Assembly: GCA_018651605.1 (NCBI GenBank)
Contig: JABIDS010000009.1
Coordinates: 84,563-148,562 of the forward strand
Source: an archaeon
Lineage (GTDB): Archaea; Nanobdellota; Nanobdellia; Pacearchaeales; GW2011-AR1
DNA length: 64,000 nt
Direction: 5' to 3'
The notes under the pieces: generated by a model
Database searches by the model: none
What the model saw: only the letters and a program-made list of their open reading frames with translations
What the model was told of the DNA's origin: nothing
Shown: positions 37,603 to 46,657 of the stretch, piece by piece
How the letters are laid out: every line of letters starts with the position of its first letter
Position numbering within the stretch: the first letter of the stretch is position 1
Made by a program: the position numbers and the translations under genes

Positions 37603-38481
37603 ATGAAGATAAAAACACAAAGGAGTGAGAAAAAGATGGATGATGTAAATTTAGTCCAGCTTCCAAGCAATCAATTTGTTATTCCAAATAGTCAGGAAAT
37701 AGATTTGTCAAAGGTTTGTAATCAGAAGATTATAACTATGCCTTTTGCAGTTAAAGGTTTTAAATTCAGTTCAAGAAACATGAATAAATTTAACTCTTCT
37801 AATGTGAGCGAACAAAGGCAAGGATATAAAGAACTTTGTAACTTATATCCGAATTCAAAATTTCTTTTACATATCCAAGTCAAAGAAAAAACTGAATTTA
37901 CTGATGAACAAATAGAATTTATCGAGAAAGTTCAAGAGATTGAACAAAGTCCTTTTTTCTGTGTTTATGAGAAATCATACAAACAATCGGAAAAAGAACT
38001 TAAATCTCAGTTGATAGAGGCAAGAAAAAAATATCCTGACAAGGAAATAGTTCCAGCAGTAGAAATCTATACAAGATATAATGCGGAGAAGGTTAATGTT
38101 ATGTCTGAGCTTAATATCAAGAAATGTATTGTAATTTACAGGAACTATATCAAATATGAAGAAGAGTGGAAGGAATTAATGGGACTACTTGACACCATGG
38201 AAATTTCTCGTTTTGTTTTTGGTGTTAATCCACGTATGAGAAGGAAAAACAGGGCGTCGGTTTTATTAGCCCCATTAAGATATGGTGCTAATTATGTATG
38301 TCATGGACTTCCTTGGAGCGGTGGAAAAGGAAATGTCTATCTTTTAGATAACTGGGTTTACAAAGTTACTCAGAGAGCAACATATCCTATAAGCCGAGTA
38401 GATGCTTTGAATAAAGTAAATACATTGACACCAGAAATAAAAACATTAAGTGTAGAGCAAATTGAAACCTTGCTTTACTGA
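37603..38481 (+). CDS. hypothetical protein (island)
   Basis: ORF. Start moved to ATG 37603, downstream of the TATA-like tttatttataaaa. No motif. Confidence 0.5.
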   Translation: MKIKTQRSEKKMDDVNLVQLPSNQFVIPNSQEIDLSKVCNQKIITMPFAVKGFKFSSRNMNKFNSSNVSEQRQGYKELCNLYPNSKFLLHIQVKEKTEFTDEQIEFIEKVQEIEQSPFFCVYEKSYKQSEKELKSQLIEARKKYPDKEIVPAVEIYTRYNAEKVNVMSELNIKKCIVIYRNYIKYEEEWKELMGLLDTMEISRFVFGVNPRMRRKNRASVLLAPLRYGANYVCHGLPWSGGKGNVYLLDNWVYKVTQRATYPISRVDALNKVNTLTPEIKTLSVEQIETLLY

Positions 38482-38676
38482 TAGAGAAATATAGGGATGC
38501 TTATTGTATGCCTTATCCCACTCTAATAAAATTTTTTCTTTTATTTCTTTTTTTCTTTTTTTAGTTATTCTTCCTTCTATAAATGCTTTATCTACTTTCC
38601 GTCTTAGTGCTACAAGCATTATACATTTTCTTTTAAATTCAAGATGCCTTTCTTGTTTTTCATTATGGTTTTCCAT
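38446..38676 (-). CDS. hypothetical basic protein (76 aa, island)
   Basis: Start moved to ATG 38676 (MENHNEKQ), overlapping the stop of the upstream RHH ORF. Confidence 0.4.
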   Translation of the reverse strand: MENHNEKQERHLEFKRKCIMLVALRRKVDKAFIEGRITKKRKKEIKEKILLEWDKAYNKHPYISLSVKQGFNLLYT

Positions 38677-38842
38677 TGCTAATATCAATAAAAGGTTTAT
38701 TATTGAATACCCAATTTTCAATTATTTTTTTCATTAATTCAGAACGAGAATTACATCCATATAGTTTGAAAGCTCCGTCTAATAATTTTATGTTATTTTT
38801 CCCAACCGTGAATGAAACCTGATTTTCTTTTTTACTAACCAT
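38663..38842 (-). CDS. ribbon-helix-helix (CopG/Arc-like) DNA-binding protein (59 aa)
   Basis: Hand-translated MVSKKENQVSFTVGKNNIKLLDGAFKLYGCNSRSELMKKIIENWVFNNKPFIDISNGKP shows a beta-strand plus two-helix RHH pattern. Below the track cutoff. Confidence 0.55.
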   Translation of the reverse strand: MVSKKENQVSFTVGKNNIKLLDGAFKLYGCNSRSELMKKIIENWVFNNKPFIDISNGKP

Positions 38843-38947
38843 TTTATTGGTAACTTACCTTTAATTTTAAATGTAATGTTAATTTATAAATGTTTGTAAC
38901 TTACCTCTAATAGAAACATTTAAATAATAATATATACTAAGTATACT

Positions 38948-39136
38948 ATGGAAAAGAAAAAAATTGACATAGACCTTAGAGTTAGTTTAGATGAAGGAGA
39001 CGAAATGATAGAGAGAGATATAAGAAAATTTGGAAATGCAAGTCACGTAATATTGCCTCAGAAACATGAAGGGAAAAAAGCAATCATAATAATTACTGAG
39101 GAGATAAGGGATGAAACTAATTTAGTCAAGAGATAA
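38948..39136 (+). CDS. small AbrB/SpoVT-like (DUF2080-like) protein
   Basis: KFGNASHVILPQKHEGKKAIIII resembles the FGNSxxVxLPKxxxGKxV swapped-hairpin motif. Confidence 0.5.
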   Translation: MEKKKIDIDLRVSLDEGDEMIERDIRKFGNASHVILPQKHEGKKAIIIITEEIRDETNLVKR

Positions 39137-39145
39137 GTAAATCTA

Positions 39146-39403
39146 TCAAATTCGAAACTCTTTCAACTCCACCAACAACTCAAGATACTTCTTTCCCCTA
39201 TCACTAATAACATAATAGCTCTTCTTGTGACCTTTATCTTCCCTAACAATTAAATCTTTCTCTAATAAGTATTTCAATGCTGTCTGCAAAGTATCATGAC
39301 TCAAACCAATATCTTTATACAAACTGGCATAATTTTCATTTTTCTTATTTAACATATATAATATTTTATACAAACATTCAACAATTTTTATTTTAAATAT
39401 CAT
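39146..39403 (-). CDS. winged-helix transcriptional regulator (85 aa)
   Basis: YASLYKDIGLSHDTLQTALKYLLEKDLIVRED...YYVISDRGKKYL shows the wHTH pattern. Confidence 0.6.
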   Translation of the reverse strand: MIFKIKIVECLYKILYMLNKKNENYASLYKDIGLSHDTLQTALKYLLEKDLIVREDKGHKKSYYVISDRGKKYLELLVELKEFRI

Positions 39404-39460
39404 ACGGGAAAACCGATGTATTTATATATAACTATTACATAGAATTATCTATGCAATACA

Positions 39461-39880
39461 ATGGAGGTATTTAATATGAAAGTTGAAAGATTAATTTTAA
39501 GTTTGTTGTTATTTGTAGCAGTTTTTGTAGCTTTATTCTTTTTCATGCAATCAAATGAAGGATTTACGGGTAATGTTGTAGGAATAGATAGTAAAGCAAA
39601 AAAGATTGTAAATACGATAACACCTATTAAAAGTGATGCAGATAAGTGTGCAGAGAAGTATTTCTCATGTATTCAAAGATGTCCTCCTTCTTTATTAGAT
39701 GCAAGACTTTTGAGTTATACATGTTTTGTTTCATGTGCAGGGACTTATGGCGAAGAATGTGGAGAGGTAGGTTATGATTTGAGTTATAGTAATGAGGCGA
39801 AGATTGATTGTTTAGGTGAATGCATGACAGATTCTAAAATAATGACTTATAAAATAAACTGTATGGATAATTGTTTGTAG
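39461..39880 (+). CDS. secreted cysteine-rich protein
   Basis: Signal/TM helix followed by about 10 Cys in 90 aa. An alternative start is ATG 39476. Confidence 0.55.
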   Translation: MEVFNMKVERLILSLLLFVAVFVALFFFMQSNEGFTGNVVGIDSKAKKIVNTITPIKSDADKCAEKYFSCIQRCPPSLLDARLLSYTCFVSCAGTYGEECGEVGYDLSYSNEAKIDCLGECMTDSKIMTYKINCMDNCL

Positions 39881-39902
39881 ATAATTTTTCTTTTTTATTA
39901 TT

Positions 39903-40835
39903 TTATAATTCTATTTCAACCCAAACTAAATAATGGTCTGATTGTTCTTTAGTTATTTCTGTATAAATTCCATCATCAACATATTCTTCATTCATATCAT
40001 CATTTATAATAATTCTATCATAAGCACAATCTGTTTGTGAAACAGTTGTATCTTCACCATCTTCAATTAGATAATTCCAATCTACAAAATCTCCAGCCTT
40101 TCCATCATCATAACTACAATCTAAATTAAAATCTCCAATAATTAGGACATTTCCTGAATCCTCAACTAAATTTTCAAGTAAATTAATATCTTCTTCTACA
40201 CTATCAGGACTTGTATGATAATTCCAAGCAGTTAATTCATAATCATCAATAAGAAATTCAACCTTTAGTGGTGGTCTTTGAACTTCATCTTGATATTCTG
40301 AAGTATAATCAGTTAATGTTGCTTCAATACTTTTCTTATAGATAACTCCATATTGTTCTTTGCTTGTAGATTGACCTGCTCTTTGAGATATTTGACAATC
40401 ATAATCTTCTAATGAACTACAAAGAGTATTGAATGAACTTCCATCTTTATCTCGGATTTCTTGAAGGAAAAATATGTCATAATCTTCTATTAATGGAACA
40501 AAAAAACTTGAACCTAATTTACCCCATTTAGAATCTCCAAATATCTGTGCATTAAAGTTTGCTATCTTAATGTTTTGTGAATTAGGTTCTGGTTCATCTA
40601 TTACTTCTTTCTCTTCTTTATCGTCATCTTTCTCTTGTTCTTCTTCATCCTCACCATCCTCAAAAAATTCTTCTTTTGTTTCTTCAATAAAATCTTTAGT
40701 GTTTTCTGTTTGTTCTTCAATAATTCTAATAGTATTCCCTGTAATAGTATTAGTATCACTTGGAATCAAATAAAAGAAACTTCCAATTCCAATTACCAAT
40801 AAAAATATTAGTGTGAATAGTAATTTTTTAGCCAT
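39903..40835 (-). CDS. secreted endonuclease/exonuclease/phosphatase-family nuclease (DNase I-like)
   Basis: N-terminal TM/signal and acidic linker; IANFNAQIFG, FFLQEIRD, IIGDFNLDC and C-terminal SDHYLVWVEI are the EEP catalytic motifs. Confidence 0.8.
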   Translation of the reverse strand: MAKKLLFTLIFLLVIGIGSFFYLIPSDTNTITGNTIRIIEEQTENTKDFIEETKEEFFEDGEDEEEQEKDDDKEEKEVIDEPEPNSQNIKIANFNAQIFGDSKWGKLGSSFFVPLIEDYDIFFLQEIRDKDGSSFNTLCSSLEDYDCQISQRAGQSTSKEQYGVIYKKSIEATLTDYTSEYQDEVQRPPLKVEFLIDDYELTAWNYHTSPDSVEEDINLLENLVEDSGNVLIIGDFNLDCSYDDGKAGDFVDWNYLIEDGEDTTVSQTDCAYDRIIINDDMNEEYVDDGIYTEITKEQSDHYLVWVEIEL

Positions 40836-40836
40836 T

Positions 40837-41016
40837 TTATTTTTTTCTTAACTTATTTGCATATTCGACCTCTAATCTCTCATTTTTTTTAAAAGATTTA
40901 AGTAATCTAACAATTATAGAATTATAAGTTTCACCTTCCCCCAATCTTAAATTTTCAAGTTCTTCCTTAGTTTCCCTTGATACGACAATTTTAGGATTTT
41001 GTGGATAAGCTATCAT
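40837..41016 (-). CDS. small CopG/VapB-antitoxin-like protein (59 aa) immediately upstream of the DNase gene
   Basis: Hand-translated MIAYPQNPKIVVSRETKEELENLRLGEGETYNSIIVRLLKSFKKNERLEVEYANKLRKK follows the IxVSxETxxxLxxLxxGEsYxxVIxxLL pattern. Its stop lies 1 nt before the DNase ATG. Confidence 0.5.
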   Translation of the reverse strand: MIAYPQNPKIVVSRETKEELENLRLGEGETYNSIIVRLLKSFKKNERLEVEYANKLRKK

Positions 41017-41069
41017 AATATATTGTAATGTATTAGATATAAAAGGATTTAGTTAGGGGATTAAGATAG

Positions 41070-41393
41070 TTAGAATGAAGGCTTTTTATAATAAGGAATA
41101 AAGAGATTCCGATTCATTAAAATTCTAAAGATAACAATAAGAAGGAAGATAAAAATCAAGAAGATAAAAATTATGTTCATATAAATGGAAGGATTACTGC
41201 TCATCATTATTACATTATATACTCTTGATATAGCCATCCATGCAAGAAACAAAAAGAGCCATATGAAAAACATATCCTTAAAACCCCAATTTTTAGGTTC
41301 TATATTCATTGTTCTCCTATAGTTTGTTGGGATGTGATAACTCTCCTTCAATTCAAAAAACTTTTTCTTCAAATTAGCATGTACTTTTTTCAT
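41070..41393 (-). CDS. membrane protein (island)
   Basis: Start moved to ATG 41393 (MKKVHANL), which overlaps the upstream stop (ATGA). Two TM helices. Confidence 0.5.
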   Translation of the reverse strand: MKKVHANLKKKFFELKESYHIPTNYRRTMNIEPKNWGFKDMFFIWLFLFLAWMAISRVYNVIMMSSNPSIYMNIIFIFLIFIFLLIVIFRILMNRNLFIPYYKKPSF

Positions 41394-41539
41394 TTTCTCC
41401 TCAACCAACTCAAAGCATAAATCAAACTAATCACTAACAAGAACACTCCAGCAATCTTAATATAATGCCCACCAGCCAATAAACCAATACCAGCAATTAA
41501 AGAGATTATGAATAATCCTAAATCATTATTAGATTTCAT
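41390..41539 (-). CDS. small membrane protein (49 aa)
   Basis: Hand-translated MKSNNDLGLFIISLIAGIGLLAGGHYIKIAGVFLLVISLIYALSWLRRK, with two TM helices. Confidence 0.4.
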   Translation of the reverse strand: MKSNNDLGLFIISLIAGIGLLAGGHYIKIAGVFLLVISLIYALSWLRRK

Positions 41540-41540
41540 T

Positions 41541-41729
41541 TTAACTTGAAACCCATTTTTTAAATCTGCCTGCCATAGTAATCAAACCTAATACCGCTAA
41601 AATAATTCCTATAAACATCATAATTCCACCAATTTTTGAACCTTCAAATAAAAAAGGTACAGTTCCTTTAAAAAATAAGAGAAAACCTAAAACAAACATT
41701 ACTGCCCCAGTTAATAATTTGACTACCAT
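41541..41729 (-). CDS. small membrane protein (62 aa)
   Basis: Two TM helices, tightly packed in the operon. Confidence 0.5.
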   Translation of the reverse strand: MVVKLLTGAVMFVLGFLLFFKGTVPFLFEGSKIGGIMMFIGIILAVLGLITMAGRFKKWVSS

Positions 41730-41774
41730 TTTCTTTAATTCCTAGTAAAAACTACAAAATCAAACTTTATTAAA

Positions 41775-42023
41775 TTAACCTTTAGTAATAATTTTATCTA
41801 ACTTATCTTCAATCCTTTGTAATTGGGAATCTTCCCTAAGTTTCTTCCTACACCATTCAGAAAGAGAAATATTTTCATTTTTAGCCCTATCTTTCATCCT
41901 ATTGAGAGTATCCGTATCAATCATAAAGTGTATCTGAGAATTCTTTTTTAATGACGAATTAATATATTCTAAATTTTCTATTATCTCTTGCCCTATATCT
42001 TTTTTTCCTTGCCATTTATTCAT
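41775..42023 (-). CDS. ribbon-helix-helix-like protein (82 aa)
   Basis: HFMIDTDTLNRMKDRAKNENISLSEWCRKKL shows the RHH pattern. Confidence 0.5.
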   Translation of the reverse strand: MNKWQGKKDIGQEIIENLEYINSSLKKNSQIHFMIDTDTLNRMKDRAKNENISLSEWCRKKLREDSQLQRIEDKLDKIITKG

Positions 42024-42250
42024 TTCATTCTCCTCCGATTATTCCAACGAATAACCTTGATAGGTCGAACAGTTATTAAAAGCAAAATAGAAATAATAAG
42101 GAGGGAGATTAAGAACAATGACATATCGCCTAACCATCGATACTCTGTTCCCCAGGATTTTATTATTAAATCAATTAATATGATTGGAAGTGCCATTATA
42201 GCAAAATAAAAAATACCTTCAAGAAACATCTCTTTTAGTGCCTTTTTCAT
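42020..42250 (-). CDS. small membrane protein (76 aa)
   Basis: Two TM helices. A 4-nt overlap with the downstream RHH gene. Confidence 0.5.
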   Translation of the reverse strand: MKKALKEMFLEGIFYFAIMALPIILIDLIIKSWGTEYRWLGDMSLFLISLLIISILLLITVRPIKVIRWNNRRRMK

Positions 42251-42304
42251 TTTAATTAAGGATATTCTTCATTTATTAAATTAACTAAACAATTACTTAC
42301 TTGT

Positions 42305-42841
42305 TTAATCATAAAAAATTTCTTCAGGTTCATCGATTCTTTCTTGAATTAATTCTGCTAACCAATCTGCAGTTTCTTCTAAATTTTCAATTATAGAAAT
42401 ATTAGGTATTCTTTGAGTATGGTAGCCTTTTGATAATGAATAAATTGTTCTCTTCATATCTGCCAATGCCTGTCTAGAATTAGTATTATGGTGTCTGCCA
42501 TCTACTTCTATATTAAATTTAGCTTTTGGAATAGCAATATCAATAGTTTTATGTCCGTCCCATTTTTCTAATTCTGCAGGAATACCTCTTTTTATCAGTT
42601 CAAAATACAATGTTCTTGATTCACTGGTGGATTTTTTCAATTTCTTTTTACTTATATAATGAACTTCCTTATCATCATCTCTTTCATCATAATCATCTTC
42701 ATATTCTTCATCATAATCTTCTTGGCATCCCTCACATAATATCTTACCAAAATTTTCTTTTGAATCCTCCATAATACTTCTAGTTATTACTTCCTTACAT
42801 TCTGAACAATAATACTCATAATCCATGAAATAATTAAACAA
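42305..42841 (-). CDS. zinc-ribbon + DUF559/Vsr-like restriction-endonuclease-fold protein
   Basis: N-terminal CSEC...CEGC and an acidic linker. The C-terminal IDIAIPKAKFNIEVDGRHH resembles the DUF559 core (D...EVDG..H). Confidence 0.6.
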   Translation of the reverse strand: MFNYFMDYEYYCSECKEVITRSIMEDSKENFGKILCEGCQEDYDEEYEDDYDERDDDKEVHYISKKKLKKSTSESRTLYFELIKRGIPAELEKWDGHKTIDIAIPKAKFNIEVDGRHHNTNSRQALADMKRTIYSLSKGYHTQRIPNISIIENLEETADWLAELIQERIDEPEEIFYD

Positions 42842-42941
42842 TACCTAGTTAAATAATTTTCTAAATAATCATCTGATTATTTATTAGAAAAAACTTAAAT
42901 ATGCTTAAAATCTCTCTAAAATAAAGAAATGATTAAGGAAA

Positions 42942-43541
42942 ATGAAATTTCAAGAAAAATTATCCACTAAACAAATTCAATCAATTTTTTTAATTAGTGT
43001 TTCATTAATTTTATTTTATTCTTTAAGAAGTAAACCAGAACAGAGTGCAGAAATTCTTTTCTTGTTTATTTTTGTTATGTTTGGAGTTTCAATATTAAAT
43101 TTATTTCAAGAGAGCCATAAGAGATACAAAATATTAAGGTCTGAGACTATAGGAGATACGGGAGATTATGATAGCAAAGCAGAAAAAATAGTTGCAGATT
43201 ATTTCAAAGCAAAATCAATTAAATTTTATTTGCATCCTAAGGTTAAAGTTCCTAAAAAGATATGGATTTTTGACAATCCTTTTAGCAAGAGAGTATTAAA
43301 ACCTGATTTTTTCCTTCCTCAGTATAATGCGTTTGTAGAATATTGGGGTATGCTAGATGATGAAAATTACAAAAGAAAATCTGAATTAAAAAAGAAAGCA
43401 TACCGAGAAAATGATATTGATTTTATTTCCTTAACCCCAAGAGACTTAGAAGAAAGGCATAGGTTAGATTGGAATTTTACTCAGAAACTTCTTAGTTTAA
43501 TTAGAGACAGAGAAGGAAATGGATTGGAGTGGAGAAAATAA
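42942..43541 (+). CDS. membrane-anchored PD-(D/E)XK-like nuclease-fold protein
   Basis: Two N-terminal TM helices. KPDFFLPQYNAFVEYWGM matches the PDF...E-x-WG pattern seen in restriction-endonuclease-like domains. Confidence 0.5.
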   Translation: MKFQEKLSTKQIQSIFLISVSLILFYSLRSKPEQSAEILFLFIFVMFGVSILNLFQESHKRYKILRSETIGDTGDYDSKAEKIVADYFKAKSIKFYLHPKVKVPKKIWIFDNPFSKRVLKPDFFLPQYNAFVEYWGMLDDENYKRKSELKKKAYRENDIDFISLTPRDLEERHRLDWNFTQKLLSLIRDREGNGLEWRK

Positions 43542-43662
43542 GGGTTAGCCATTGGAAGCAAAACAATCACATGATTGTTTATTACACATAAACATCCTTA
43601 TGAAAATAACTACTTAAAATTAATTGTTTTAATCTTATTCTTTTGTTAATCTTTGCTAAATT

Positions 43663-44991
43663 TTATAACATTTTTATTTTTGAAATTAACAAATTTCGAA
43701 TATCTCCACCACTACAATAAACACTATTTGAACCCTTTCCTAGAAGAAATTCTTCTTCCCTAAGACCCAACGCCCTAAGAACTGCCATAAGTGATACTTC
43801 TGAAAATTTATATTTACTTTCACTTAAACATTTTTCATAATAAAATAAACTAATATTCGCCCCAATAATTTTGTTATCTTCTAAAACATATTCTTGATTA
43901 ATTGCAGGAGTTCCATCAAGCCAAAAATCCGTTTCATAAGAAAATGATTCTTTACTTATATTTTCATATTTTTTACAATAAAATTTAAGGTTTGAGGATT
44001 CCTTATCGCCTTCATAAATTAATAATTCTTTTAACGCATTTATTTCGATTTCTTTTATGGCATTTTTGATGTTATCAGTAGCATAATCTTCACAACCCAA
44101 TATTGAGTAAGTTACTGGATAATTATTCCATAAATAATTTTTCTTTTCTAAAATTTCTTCCTCTTTTTTTAATTCTACTTCATATTCTAAATCATACGGA
44201 TATATATTCAAGTTTGAACAATCTCCTTTAATTTCTCCATTAGAGTAGATGTGCTTTAAACAATTTATTGTATCTGCATCTATCTCTTTTATTTTACAAG
44301 TTTGAATAGAAATTTTTAAAGGGAACATTATCTGATTAGGAGTATCATAAACATGTCTAAATCCGAAGGTATGCAATATTTCATGAATTTCTGTCTGTGG
44401 AAAATCAAGACATTTTCCATTATAACTTCCCAGATAATTTGAAAAGAAAATTACTTCCCCAGTATTTATTTTATTTTTGTTAAAATCAGTAATTCCTCCG
44501 ACTCCTAAGACTTCCCATCCATCATAATTTTGATAAGTCCCATTAGAATCATAAAGTCCTTGAATTTTAAGTTTAGGATTTTCAGTTTCACTAACTTCCT
44601 TGAAGGTAATTAATCCTTCAGTTTCTTCTTCAATAATATTTAGTGCCTCTTTAATTCTTTTAACTTGCTTATTTCTAGAAATTCCATCCCTATACCAACT
44701 TTGACTTGATTCAGAATAGATGCCTAATGATGAGATATTTAAACTATAAGTTATAGGCATTTCTCTCCAATGCATTTCATTAACTTTTGAAAATGAATCA
44801 TTAATCAAATAATTTTTATTTTCTTTATCATAATCCTCATACGAATATTTCTTAGGAGTTTCTTCCAGATTTATTTTTGATGAATAAAAAAAAGCCAAAA
44901 CTAAAAAAATCATAAATACTAAAATAATTAAGAAATTTTTAAAACTATCTCTCTTTACATTTTTCCCCATTTTATTTTTTTCCCAATTCAT
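43663..44991 (-). CDS. secreted/anchored metzincin zinc metalloprotease (matrixin-like)
   Basis: HEILHTFGFRH (HExxHxxGxxH) plus the Met-turn QIMFP. N-terminal TM helix. Paralogous motif block to 33969-35024. Confidence 0.8.
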   Translation of the reverse strand: MNWEKNKMGKNVKRDSFKNFLIILVFMIFLVLAFFYSSKINLEETPKKYSYEDYDKENKNYLINDSFSKVNEMHWREMPITYSLNISSLGIYSESSQSWYRDGISRNKQVKRIKEALNIIEEETEGLITFKEVSETENPKLKIQGLYDSNGTYQNYDGWEVLGVGGITDFNKNKINTGEVIFFSNYLGSYNGKCLDFPQTEIHEILHTFGFRHVYDTPNQIMFPLKISIQTCKIKEIDADTINCLKHIYSNGEIKGDCSNLNIYPYDLEYEVELKKEEEILEKKNYLWNNYPVTYSILGCEDYATDNIKNAIKEIEINALKELLIYEGDKESSNLKFYCKKYENISKESFSYETDFWLDGTPAINQEYVLEDNKIIGANISLFYYEKCLSESKYKFSEVSLMAVLRALGLREEEFLLGKGSNSVYCSGGDIRNLLISKIKML

Positions 44992-45178
44992 TCATTAATT
45001 ACATTATATATTATAAAAATAGAGAGAGTGAGTATTTATTAAATTAACCCTTAGAAGTCCAAACAATCACCTGATTGTTTATTGTGAAGATTTGGATGGT
45101 TTTTAGAAGTAGAAATGAGTGATTTTAGGAGGTAGATTATTTAGTAAAGTTTTTATATCATATTTTATTAAATAATCT

Positions 45179-45346
45179 ATGAAATATAAGGGATTAATGG
45201 GATTAGTTATGATTATAATTGGAATTACCATAGTTTTAAAATTCCCCACATCAATGAATGGTTTTGGTATACTAATAGGTATGGGGCTTATTGTTATTGG
45301 AGGCCCTCTTACATTAACAAGCTTTATGAAATTTGTTACCAAATAA
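45179..45346 (+). CDS. possible small membrane protein (55 aa)
   Basis: Hand-translated MKYKGLMGLVMIIIGITIVLKFPTSMNGFGILIGMGLIVIGGPLTLTSFMKFVTK. More protein-like than the antisense 85-aa track ORF. Confidence 0.35.
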   Translation: MKYKGLMGLVMIIIGITIVLKFPTSMNGFGILIGMGLIVIGGPLTLTSFMKFVTK

Positions 45347-45381
45347 CTCATTTTCCCCATCTTTGATAATATCCACTCTTT

Positions 45382-45606
45382 CTAAATATTCATAAACCTC
45401 TCAACCGCTTCTTTTGCCCTTTTTGAAGATATCTTAAATCTTTTCATTAATAATTTGTAAGTGTTAGAATTTATCTTCTCTTCTACATATAATGGAACTA
45501 AAAAATCCCAAAAGTTTCCAAAGTGTGGGGAATCGCAGGGTTCTATTAATTCAGCATTTACTATTTGTCTTGTTTCAGGAGACCATACTTTTATTTTTTT
45601 TACCAT
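45382..45606 (-). CDS. hypothetical protein (74 aa, island)
   Basis: ORF abutting the upstream gene. Confidence 0.45.
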   Translation of the reverse strand: MVKKIKVWSPETRQIVNAELIEPCDSPHFGNFWDFLVPLYVEEKINSNTYKLLMKRFKISSKRAKEAVERFMNI

Positions 45607-46116
45607 CTACCCTTCCTTCCAAAACCAATATTTTCTTAGGTTGTGGTGATTTGAAATTCGCGCCCGTAATCCCTCTGAATGTTCAGTAATAATTATATCT
45701 GCCTTTTTACAAAAACTACAATGAAATTTATTTTTTCTTGCAGTCGGCATTCTCATTTGAAAATGGCCTTGGTATGCAATCAAATTAATAGCAAGTTCTC
45801 CAATCTTCTTACAAGTGCTTAAATCTTCTGGATTAACAATTGCAAGAGAAGGCTTATCTGCTTGAGAGTCAAGAATAACAACCCGAAAACATTTTTTATT
45901 ATGTCTTAATCTGAGGTGTTTTGGAATCCTCATATAACTATCATGAGGCAAATCACAAACCTCATGAAACTGAACTTTTAAAGGGTCATTCTTATCTCTT
46001 TTAGAAACATAAGGGATGAAGTTCCCATGCTTATTCATACGCTTTTTCTTAACAGGTTTTCCTGCATAAGTCTTTGGTTTCTTATGAGTTCCACCTTTAT
46101 CTGACCTAGTTTTCAT
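45607..46116 (-). CDS. hypothetical basic protein (169 aa, island)
   Basis: ORF with a K/R-rich N-terminus and His/Cys-containing core. No family recognised. Confidence 0.5.
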   Translation of the reverse strand: MKTRSDKGGTHKKPKTYAGKPVKKKRMNKHGNFIPYVSKRDKNDPLKVQFHEVCDLPHDSYMRIPKHLRLRHNKKCFRVVILDSQADKPSLAIVNPEDLSTCKKIGELAINLIAYQGHFQMRMPTARKNKFHCSFCKKADIIITEHSEGLRARISNHHNLRKYWFWKEG

Positions 46117-46206
46117 ATCAATTTCTCGGAATTCCTAATAAAATTCCGAACCCCCTTATAAATAATTCCGAACCCCATAATTAACATTTTACCGTCTATA
46201 AACATC

Positions 46207-46530
46207 CTAAAAATCCTCCTGAAGCTCATCTTTCATACCTATTCCGAATTCCGAATTTGCACATGTGTCCCCATAAGAGAATAAGATTAATCTATTGAGA
46301 TTAGTCTTTATCCTCGCTATTTTATTTAATCTTGGGAGCATTAAGATTGATTTATGTGGGTTTTTTCTCTCAGACCGCTGGGAATCCTTTAATGTGAGTG
46401 TACACATATTTGAGGTTTTTTTATTACCTATTGGTCTTATATGAACTTTTTCCATTTCTTCAGAAATTTGATTTTTAGTAATCCCAAACTTCCCTACCCT
46501 AGTGCAATTGAACTTTTTATTAATACTCAT
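46207..46530 (-). CDS. hypothetical protein (107 aa, island)
   Basis: ORF only. Confidence 0.45.
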   Translation of the reverse strand: MSINKKFNCTRVGKFGITKNQISEEMEKVHIRPIGNKKTSNMCTLTLKDSQRSERKNPHKSILMLPRLNKIARIKTNLNRLILFSYGDTCANSEFGIGMKDELQEDF

Positions 46531-46657
46531 TTTTATTTTAAAGTATCACTCCTTAATTTATTTTTCGTATATCTTGCCTCATATTTAAGTTTAGTTTTTG
46601 TTTCTCTTTCTCTTTCCAATTTATTTTCTTTTGTTGTTGTCATTTTATTTTAAAAGA

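Noticed and set aside
45103-45360. 85-aa minus-strand ORF in the island.
   Set aside because: The translation lacks charged residues and looks non-protein-like. The opposite strand encodes a coherent 55-aa two-TM peptide (45179-45346). Both calls are weak.
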